NCBI GenBank assembly: GCA_937902105.1
Contig: CALGTP010000696.1
Span: 1,209 to 65,208 of the forward strand
Length of the DNA: 64,000 bases
Direction of reading: 5' to 3'
Origin: an uncultured Actinomycetes bacterium
GTDB taxonomy: Bacteria > Actinomycetota > Acidimicrobiia > Acidimicrobiales > Ilumatobacteraceae
The notes beneath the pieces are model-generated. The model made no database searches. It worked only from the letters and a program-made list of their open reading frames with translations, and was not told the DNA's origin. The position numbers and the translations under genes are program-made. Each line of letters begins with the position of its first letter. Position 1 is the first letter of the stretch. Positions 56,245-62,885 of the stretch are shown here, piece by piece.

Positions 56245-56769
56245 ATGAGTTCACCCGTCAAATTGGCCCACATTGTGCTGAAAACATCCCAATTCACCGA
56301 CATGGTCTCTTGGTGGAAGGAGTTTCTCGAAGGTGAAGCCCGGCATGAGAATGACTTCATCTCGTTCATCTCATATGACGACGAACACCATCGCATTGCG
56401 ATTGTGAACTTCCCAAATCTGGAAGAGCGTACAGCGAACGCACGGGGCCTTGAGCATGTCGCCTTTACCTACGACACACTCGATGATCTTTTTGGACAAT
56501 ACGAACGAATGAAGGCCAAGGGCTACGCGCCGTATTGGACAATCAATCATGGACTGACATTGTCTGCGTACTACCGAGATCCAGATGGCAACCAAGTAGA
56601 GACACAGATTGATGTTCCAATGACGAAGAAAGAGTTAAAAGCGTTCATGGCGGGTCCTTTGTTTGCTGAGAACCCCATTGGTATCAATGTGGATTTCGAT
56701 GAACTTGTCTCTCGATACCGCAAGGGTGAAAGCGTTGCGTCTATTACTGACTATGCAACTGCGGGATAA
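56245..56769 (+). CDS. VOC-superfamily single-domain extradiol dioxygenase-like protein
   Basis: The ATG at 56245 is preceded by GGAGG at 6-nt spacing; the ORF's TTG is at 56233. The motifs LAHIVLKT..., ...HHRIAI..., ...GLEHVAF and ...YYRDPDGN.VE show the His/His/Glu metal-ligand pattern of type I extradiol dioxygenases. At ~175 aa it has the one-domain size. Confidence 0.75.
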   Translation: MSSPVKLAHIVLKTSQFTDMVSWWKEFLEGEARHENDFISFISYDDEHHRIAIVNFPNLEERTANARGLEHVAFTYDTLDDLFGQYERMKAKGYAPYWTINHGLTLSAYYRDPDGNQVETQIDVPMTKKELKAFMAGPLFAENPIGINVDFDELVSRYRKGESVASITDYATAG

Positions 56770-56775
56770 TTCCTG

Positions 56776-57381
56776 ATGCACGATCTTGACAAGACGCCAA
56801 CACGTGCACGAGCAACGTCAGAAGAAAAACTTATAAATGCTGCAGCTGACCTTCTTGGTGAACTAGGTCCTCGTGCGATGAGTGTGCGCGCGATTGCTGA
56901 TCGTGCTGGTGTGAATCATGGACTTGTGCATCACTATTTTGAAGGGAAAGAGGGCCTCTTGCGTGCAGCAATGACACGGCTGGTACATGAGCACGCTGAA
57001 TTTGCCAAAAAACAATCAGGGGGAAGTCCGGTGCCTGCGCCGCTGGCTTTGGCGAATGACCAAAGGTATTTGCGTGCAGTTGTTCGATCTGTTTTGGACG
57101 GCGAGATGGAACTTGCTCAGATGGAATTAACCGCCGGAGTATCAGTGCCACGCGGGGTACTGCGACACGTAGTTAATGCACGCCAATTGCAGTCAGCTGA
57201 TGCTGAGACAAAGGCAATAGTGACCATTGGAATGGCAATGGAGATGGGGTGGGCTGCTCTAGAACCTTTTCTCTTTGCTGTGGCGGAAGTAATCGACGAC
57301 GACGAGAAAGAGCGTGTACGCCAATATGCCCGCGGATTCCGTAAGACTTTCGCAGAGAGAAATCTTCATGAACTTATGTGA
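56776..57381 (+). CDS. TetR/AcrR family transcriptional regulator
   Basis: The HTH is ...LINAAADLLGELGPRAMSVRAIADRAGVNHGLVHHYF. 201 aa, starting 6 nt after the dioxygenase-like gene. Confidence 0.85.
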   Translation: MHDLDKTPTRARATSEEKLINAAADLLGELGPRAMSVRAIADRAGVNHGLVHHYFEGKEGLLRAAMTRLVHEHAEFAKKQSGGSPVPAPLALANDQRYLRAVVRSVLDGEMELAQMELTAGVSVPRGVLRHVVNARQLQSADAETKAIVTIGMAMEMGWAALEPFLFAVAEVIDDDEKERVRQYARGFRKTFAERNLHELM

Positions 57382-58780
57382 TGTCGTGATTATTGGCGGC
57401 GGACCTGTGGGGTGTCTTCTATCAATATTGCTCTCAGACATGGGCGTCACAAACACTGTCATTGAACGCGATAAGGAGTCCTATCAACTTCCACGCGCAA
57501 TTGTGATGGATGATGAAATCCAACGCATGTTTCACGACCATGGAATGGGAGCTTGGATTGAGGCGAATACTTCTCGCTTAGAGGCAGCAGACTTTGTCGA
57601 TGGGAATGGTGCATACATTCTTGGTGCGGAAGTTCCTCCCATGGGTCTGCAAGGATTACCGCCTGTTGTCGTGCATTATCAACCAGAACTTGACGCGATG
57701 CTTCGCACTCAAGCTGCAACACGCGGAGCCCAAGTGCATTGGGGACAAGTGGCAAATTCTCTGCAAGAGCTGGGAAATCGCTGTGTTGTCACACTCGATG
57801 ATGGAACTGTGTATGAGTCGCGTTGGGTGGTGGGTTGTGATGGAGCCTCAAGTTGGACACGTAGACAATTAGAGATGCAATTAGAGGATCTTGAGTTTGA
57901 TCAACCATGGCTGGTGGTTGATATTGAGTTACATGACAACGCACAAGTGGATTTACCCGTGGGTGTGCGCCAATACTGTGATGCTCAACGTCCCGCAACG
58001 TATGTGAAAGGCCATCGCCAATATCGACGCTGGGAATTTCAAATTCAAAAACATGAAGATGCCCAACAGCTCAACACTGAGCAAGGTTTGTGGTCTTTGT
58101 TATCCCCGTGGGTAACCCCGGTAGACGCGCGTATTGTGCGCTCTGCTGTGTACAGGTTTCACGCCGTTGTTGCGCCACAGCTACAAAAGGGCAATGTGTT
58201 TTTGGCAGGCGACTCCGCACATCAAATGCCCCCATTCTTGGGTCAAGGTCTTAACTCTGGGATGCGTGATGCGGTCAATCTCGCATGGAAGTTGGCATTT
58301 GTACAGCGTGGCATTGCAGCAGAGAAAATCCTTTACACCTACACCACAGAACGAGTTCCACATGTACGAAGTGTTGTGGCCCATGCAGCTGATGTGGGTC
58401 GACTCATCGATCAATTATCGGGGCGAGTGAGTCATGGAATCAATCCTGATTCTGGTTATGGAGGTGCGCGCCCTGCAGCACATATTGAGTCGGGTCTTGT
58501 GTACGGAGACGATGAACGAGTGGGGCATCAATTTTGGTTTCATCCCGATGTGTCAGCTGCGGTGGTACACAATGGTGCCAGTCTCGTTGTGGTGAGTGCG
58601 GAAGAAATTGAACTACCCGAAGAACTGAATCAACTAGAGGCGCAAGTTGTAGTTGCGAAAAGCGCAGTGGGTAATGCATATGCCATCGTTGTCCGGCCCG
58701 ACCGTTATGTCGCAGCAGTTCTTGCAGATGTTCAGGAGCTACGGAGGTTCGCAACTACTGTGATGAACGATGTCCGATGA
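57368..58780 (+). CDS. FAD-dependent aromatic-ring hydroxylase (MhpA / 3-(3-hydroxyphenyl)propionate hydroxylase-like)
   Basis: From the ATG at 57368: MNLCDVVIIGGGPVGCLLSILLSDMG (GxGxxG), ...ERD.....LPRA...DDE..R and LAGDSAHQMPPFLGQGLNSGMRDA.NLAWKL (the DG/GD flavoprotein monooxygenase fingerprints). The start overlaps the TetR end by 14 nt. The listed ORF begins at 57314. Confidence 0.85.
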   Translation: MNLCDVVIIGGGPVGCLLSILLSDMGVTNTVIERDKESYQLPRAIVMDDEIQRMFHDHGMGAWIEANTSRLEAADFVDGNGAYILGAEVPPMGLQGLPPVVVHYQPELDAMLRTQAATRGAQVHWGQVANSLQELGNRCVVTLDDGTVYESRWVVGCDGASSWTRRQLEMQLEDLEFDQPWLVVDIELHDNAQVDLPVGVRQYCDAQRPATYVKGHRQYRRWEFQIQKHEDAQQLNTEQGLWSLLSPWVTPVDARIVRSAVYRFHAVVAPQLQKGNVFLAGDSAHQMPPFLGQGLNSGMRDAVNLAWKLAFVQRGIAAEKILYTYTTERVPHVRSVVAHAADVGRLIDQLSGRVSHGINPDSGYGGARPAAHIESGLVYGDDERVGHQFWFHPDVSAAVVHNGASLVVVSAEEIELPEELNQLEAQVVVAKSAVGNAYAIVVRPDRYVAAVLADVQELRRFATTVMNDVR

Positions 58781-58941
58781 AAAGCCTTCATTTCAGGTAC
58801 GACCAGAAGTAAACGAAAAACATGATTGCATGTCGTGTGGGTCACCTTTTGCTTCGCAACTCAAACCTAGTGGCAGCAAGTGATGTTCTAGTTAGTTCTC
58901 TTGCACAATTCGCTAATCGTGTAGGAAAAGCCCTGCTCAAC

Positions 58942-58997
58942 TGGCGCCCTCGGTAGGAATCGGACCTACGACCTGCGGTTTAGGAAACCGTTGCTCT
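58942..58997 (-). tRNA. Truncated tRNA-Arg(CCU)-like 3' fragment (not a functional tRNA; probable att-site remnant)
   Basis: The minus strand reads GAGCA-ACGGT-TTCCTAA-ACCGC-AGGTC-GTAGG-TCCGATT-CCTAC-CGAGGGC-G-CCA. This gives an anticodon arm with CCT at positions 34-36, a 5-nt variable loop, a 5-bp T stem, a 3' acceptor strand and an encoded CCA. Upstream sequence cannot pair with the acceptor strand (no GCCCTCG). The would-be D arm has a 4-nt loop without GG, and the T loop is atypical (TCCGATT). Confidence 0.5.
58970..58987 (+). repeat. Direct repeat copy 2 (18 bp, gacctgcggtttaggaaa)
   Basis: It is identical to 52415-52432. On the minus strand it corresponds to the anticodon loop, the 3' anticodon stem and the variable loop of the tRNA-like fragment. 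Confidence 0.9.
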
Positions 58998-59066
58998 TGT
59001 GAGACCCTCCACCAGTCAGCAGTCATCACCCCTAAAGCAAACACCCGCACGACCGGCCAAGGCCCA

Positions 59067-60362
59067 GTGTTCGATCCCTATCTAACAGTCGGATGCAAAA
59101 CGGTCAATCCCTACCAAAGCCGACATAACCCCGGATGTACTCAAGCCAAGCCCTACGGGGGCAATACTGATGGCGTGGCGAATTCAGCAAACTCTCTGAT
59201 TGCTTCACGTGGCATCAGAGCCTTTGTGGATGGACTTGTCAGCGTTATCTTGCCCGCCTACCTGATCGAACAGGGCTACTCGGCCTTTCAAGTTGGAGCT
59301 CTGGTCACCGCCACCCTCTTAGGTTCGGCAATTCTCACTCTCACTATCGGTCTACGCGGCTTTCGTCAGACCCCCACTCGTTTGCTGCTGTGGCTCACTG
59401 GACTCATGGCACTGACGGGCATCGGCTTCGCGACCATCACTTGGTTTTGGGCGTTGTTCATCATTGGTGCTATCGGGACGATGAATCCTTCATCTGGTGA
59501 TGTCAGCCCTTTCCTACCGTTAGAGCAAGCCCTCTTGCCCCTCACGACAACTGACGAACGACGTACAGTGATCTTTGCGCGCTACGCCATGGTGGCTTCA
59601 CTACTCGGCGCGCTTGGGTCTTTGGCTGCGGGACTTCCACACCTCATCGCTCAAGCCCTCGATGTTTCCGAGCACACCGTCAATCGTTATGTCTTTGCGC
59701 TCTACGCGTTAGGAGGGCTGATGCTTTTTGTGAACTACAGGCGACTGCAACTCCCAGTACTACCAACTCCCCCGCGCACCCCACTGGCAAGCAGTCGTCG
59801 TCATGTCACACGGTTATCAATTCTTTTTAGCATTGACGCCCTGGGCGGTGGATTTGTTATTCAATCCATGCTCGTACTGTGGCTTGGGCGTCGTTTCGAT
59901 TTGTCAACTGCCCGCATCGGAACCTTGCTTTTTATCACTGGCACTCTCTCCGCTTTTTCAATTCTTCTCGCACCACGAGTCGCTCAGAAACTTGGACTGG
60001 TTCGCACCATGGTGTTCACCCATATCCCCGCCAGTGTTTTTCTCATCACCGCCGCTTTTATGCCGAATGTAACTTTGGCGATTGCATTTTTGATTTTGCG
60101 AAGTCTCGTCTCCAGCATGGATGTGCCCGCACGAACGAGTTACGTCATGGCTATCGTCCCACCAAGTGAACGGGCCGCCGCCGCCAGCATGACCAATGTT
60201 CCTCGGAGTTTGGCCGCCGCACTTCCCCCACTGGCAACTGGAGTCATGCTTGATCACTCGACTTTTGGATGGCCGTTGATCATCGCTGGATTGCTGAAAA
60301 TCACCTACGACGTCTTGTTACTCGTGCAGTTTCGTTCGGTGATTCCTCCTGAAGAGCGATAA
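59067..60362 (+). CDS. MFS transporter (12-TM type)
   Basis: The motifs ...RGIRAFVDGLVSVILPAYL... and multiple hydrophobic helices run throughout. The first ~36 codons of the ORF look non-native, and the in-frame GTG at 59175 (VANSANSLIASRG...) is a more plausible start. Confidence 0.8.
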   Translation: MFDPYLTVGCKTVNPYQSRHNPGCTQAKPYGGNTDGVANSANSLIASRGIRAFVDGLVSVILPAYLIEQGYSAFQVGALVTATLLGSAILTLTIGLRGFRQTPTRLLLWLTGLMALTGIGFATITWFWALFIIGAIGTMNPSSGDVSPFLPLEQALLPLTTTDERRTVIFARYAMVASLLGALGSLAAGLPHLIAQALDVSEHTVNRYVFALYALGGLMLFVNYRRLQLPVLPTPPRTPLASSRRHVTRLSILFSIDALGGGFVIQSMLVLWLGRRFDLSTARIGTLLFITGTLSAFSILLAPRVAQKLGLVRTMVFTHIPASVFLITAAFMPNVTLAIAFLILRSLVSSMDVPARTSYVMAIVPPSERAAAASMTNVPRSLAAALPPLATGVMLDHSTFGWPLIIAGLLKITYDVLLLVQFRSVIPPEER

Positions 60363-60425
60363 ACCTCCCTCGCTCGCCTAAGGTAACCGTCCTCAGATAG
60401 ATACGAGATTCGGCAGGGCACCTAG

Positions 60426-61853
60426 GTGAAGCGCATTCAATACAAGTGGTTAGTGGCTATCGCTTTCGTCCTTGGGCAGTTCATGGAGATCCTGGACACG
60501 ACGGTCATCAATACCGCGATACCGAGTCTTACGCGCGAATTTTCTTCTACCCCTGCGACAATGGAATGGGTCATTCTCGGTTATCTCTTGTCGCTGGCGA
60601 TCTTCATTCCCTCCTCGGGCTGGATCGGCGATAAATATGGCACGAAAAAGACCTTTCTATTTGCCTTAAGCGTTTTCACTTTGGCCTCTGCACTCTGTGG
60701 AATGGCCAATTCGATTGACCAACTGATTATTTTTCGAGTCTTGCAAGGCGTTGGCGGAGGGATGTTAACTCCCGTTGGAATAGCCATGCTGTACCGCGCC
60801 TTTCCTCCTGAAGAACGAGCTCGGGCATCGGCGGTACTCATTATTCCTACAGTCATCGCTCCGGCACTCGGACCAGTTCTCGGCGGAGCGATCATTGATC
60901 ACACCACATGGCGGTGGATTTTTTATATCAACTTGCCAATCGGAGTCATTGGTATTGCTTTTGTGGCCTTATTTCTCAAAGAGCATCGTGAACCACGCGT
61001 CGGTCGATTTGATTTTGCTGGGTTTGTTCTATCTGGACTAGGACTATCAGGAGTGCTCTACGCACTATCTCAAGCCCCTGAACACGGCTGGCTATCTTCA
61101 TCAGTTCTCCTGACCGGACTCGGTGGCTTGATCATGCTCGCCATCTTGATCAAGGTTGAAACTTCAATCGCCGAACCGATGTTGGCATTACGCCTCTACA
61201 AAGATCGAATTTTTCGCAACGCCAACCTGACGAACACTTTGTCTTATGGCGCGTTCATTGGTTTCTACTTTCTGCTACCACAATTTATGCAGACCCTGCT
61301 CGGCGCATCAGCCATGAAATCCGGACTTGCCACATTTCCCCAAGCCATCGGAGTGATCGTGATGACCCGTTTTGTAGGTCGCTGGTATCACACTGTTGGA
61401 CCGCGGCGTTTGATCTCCTTTGGCTTGTTGGCCGCTGGTTCGGCGACGATCCCCTTTGCGTTTCTCAATCTCAATAGCTCGCTAGTCACCATTGGCGCTC
61501 TGATGTTCTTACGAGGATGCGGCATGGCCTTTGCCTTCATGCCCCTGCAGGCTGCCACATACGCAAATATTGAAGCCCCCGATACTGGACGCGCCTCTTC
61601 AATCAATTCAACTCAAAGGCAAACATCTGCCGCTTTAGGAGTGGCCATCTTGGCGACAATCTTTATCAGCCGAACGAATCATTTGCTAGATGGTGGGGCC
61701 ACCACCGACACAGCAGAACTCGGTGGCTTTCATGCGGGCTTCATTGCCTCAGTTGCCATCTTTTATCTCGGATCAGTTTTTGCCTTTTTCAAGATTAAAG
61801 ATTCTGATGCAGCGCGCACGATGCAACGGCCTGCCAAGTCTGCCACGGTATAA
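60426..61853 (+). CDS. MFS transporter, DHA2 (EmrB/QacA, 14-TM) drug/H+ antiporter family
   Basis: 475 aa. The motifs WLVAIAFVLGQFMEILDTTVINTAIPSL, ...GWIGDKYGTKK.FL and ...FRVLQGVGGGML.P are DHA2 signatures. Confidence 0.85.
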   Translation: MKRIQYKWLVAIAFVLGQFMEILDTTVINTAIPSLTREFSSTPATMEWVILGYLLSLAIFIPSSGWIGDKYGTKKTFLFALSVFTLASALCGMANSIDQLIIFRVLQGVGGGMLTPVGIAMLYRAFPPEERARASAVLIIPTVIAPALGPVLGGAIIDHTTWRWIFYINLPIGVIGIAFVALFLKEHREPRVGRFDFAGFVLSGLGLSGVLYALSQAPEHGWLSSSVLLTGLGGLIMLAILIKVETSIAEPMLALRLYKDRIFRNANLTNTLSYGAFIGFYFLLPQFMQTLLGASAMKSGLATFPQAIGVIVMTRFVGRWYHTVGPRRLISFGLLAAGSATIPFAFLNLNSSLVTIGALMFLRGCGMAFAFMPLQAATYANIEAPDTGRASSINSTQRQTSAALGVAILATIFISRTNHLLDGGATTDTAELGGFHAGFIASVAIFYLGSVFAFFKIKDSDAARTMQRPAKSATV

Positions 61854-61861
61854 AAGAGTTC

Positions 61862-62848
61862 TTACAAGTTCCGCATTTTATATTTCATGATGTCCGCAGC
61901 AGTGAGGCTTGAGCCACACTTCGCGCTAGCCGCCATCACCTCTGGATCCATCAACGAAGCGGTGTCAAAGTAGTCAGCGGCGTACACAGTAAATCCATCG
62001 CGGTAACGGCGCACGCTGGTTCCGCGAAACATAGGCACACGGTCGCCGCCACTGGTGACCGCCACTTGCACCCACTCCTGCAGATATGTCTTGCCATTGT
62101 TGAGTTCGGGGCCGACTGGCATGAACTCGATGTTGCCAACGCGCGGCATGATGTCCATAATCCACGATTTGATTTCATCGCGACCATGAAAAACTCCGAA
62201 TATTGGATCGTGATACACCGAGTCAGTGGGGTGGAACTGTTCGCAATCAGCGTCAAAGTCCACTTCCGAGCACACTGTTACTGGAGTGGCCAAGTGTCGT
62301 TGCCACTCTTTAGGTGACGGCGCATCAGGCAACGGTGCTGCCTCAACTCCAGGTGGTGGTGGAACACGAAACGAGCCAGTGTCATACACATCACAAGCCC
62401 ATGTGATCCAACTGTCGCGATAGCGGCGCACACTGACCCCGCGCGACATCGGCATTTTTCCTTCGCCCATTCCCATGGCTTGCATATCGGCAACCATCTG
62501 CCACTCATCAAGAGTGGTAACGCCTTCACCGTCATCGAAAAACTCAGGCTCCGATGTGGGAACGAATTCAATGAAACTGATTTCCGACATCATCGGCACG
62601 AGCCAACCACGAATATTTTTTTGCCCATAATACGAGCCGTAAATCGCATCAAAATAGCGTGAATCAGTCGGATGCATAAAGTCAGCCATCAGATCAATAC
62701 CTGCGCGCCCAACCGCAGGATGGGAAAGCGCTGTCATCATTTCTTCAGGAGACAGATTGCTGGGTTGCGTGACTAGACGATCAACACTGAGCGGTTGATC
62801 AGTCAATGACTCAGCAAACTTCTCAACGAACTTTTCAACCTTATTCAC
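61862..62848 (-). CDS. Tandem NTF2-like (SnoaL-type) two-domain protein, function unknown
   Basis: There are two internally homologous halves. The first is FMHPTDSRYFDAIYGSYYGQKNIRGWLVPMMSEISFIEFVP...SRGVSVRRYRDSWITWACDVYDTGSF. The second is FHPTDSVYHDPIFGVFHGRDEIKSWIMDIMPRVGNIEFMP...FRGTSVRRYRDGFTVYAADYFDTASL. They are joined by a Pro-rich linker (RVPPPPGVEAAPLPDAPSP). Confidence 0.65.
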   Translation of the reverse strand: MNKVEKFVEKFAESLTDQPLSVDRLVTQPSNLSPEEMMTALSHPAVGRAGIDLMADFMHPTDSRYFDAIYGSYYGQKNIRGWLVPMMSEISFIEFVPTSEPEFFDDGEGVTTLDEWQMVADMQAMGMGEGKMPMSRGVSVRRYRDSWITWACDVYDTGSFRVPPPPGVEAAPLPDAPSPKEWQRHLATPVTVCSEVDFDADCEQFHPTDSVYHDPIFGVFHGRDEIKSWIMDIMPRVGNIEFMPVGPELNNGKTYLQEWVQVAVTSGGDRVPMFRGTSVRRYRDGFTVYAADYFDTASLMDPEVMAASAKCGSSLTAADIMKYKMRNL

Positions 62849-62885
62849 AATGAAATCTCCCTTTTAAACAAAGACTGACTTTTAT

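Larger units (their letters stand above)
52415..58987. mobile_element. Putative integrase-less genomic islet bounded by an exact 18-bp direct repeat (tRNA-associated att-like sites)
   Basis: gacctgcggtttaggaaa occurs at 52415-52432 and 58970-58987 in the same orientation. The right copy lies within a tRNA-Arg(CCU)-like 3' fragment, and a truncated gene remnant sits at the left end. The cargo is a self-contained catabolic cluster. No integrase or transposase is present, so the call is tentative. Confidence 0.35.

Noticed and set aside
52545-58911. An 11-nt inverted repeat near both islet ends (gaattgtgcaa at 52545-52555; ttgcacaattc at 58901-58911).
   Set aside because: Matches of 11 nt are expected by chance many times in 64 kb. 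It was noticed only after looking at the ends and is not at the repeat junctions, so it is not enough to call terminal inverted repeats.
58942-59017. Possibility that the tRNA-like sequence is a complete, functional tRNA-Arg(CCU).
   Set aside because: No GCCCTCG lies upstream to pair with the CGAGGGC acceptor 3' strand. The candidate D arm has a 4-nt loop lacking the conserved GG and a mismatched stem, and the T loop is TCCGATT. Only the 3' ~55 nt are tRNA-like.
59055-59085. The sequence GTTCGATCCC on the plus strand, resembling a tRNA T arm.
   Set aside because: The flanking bases (CAGTG / CCTAT) cannot form a T stem, and no acceptor or anticodon arms could be built around it.
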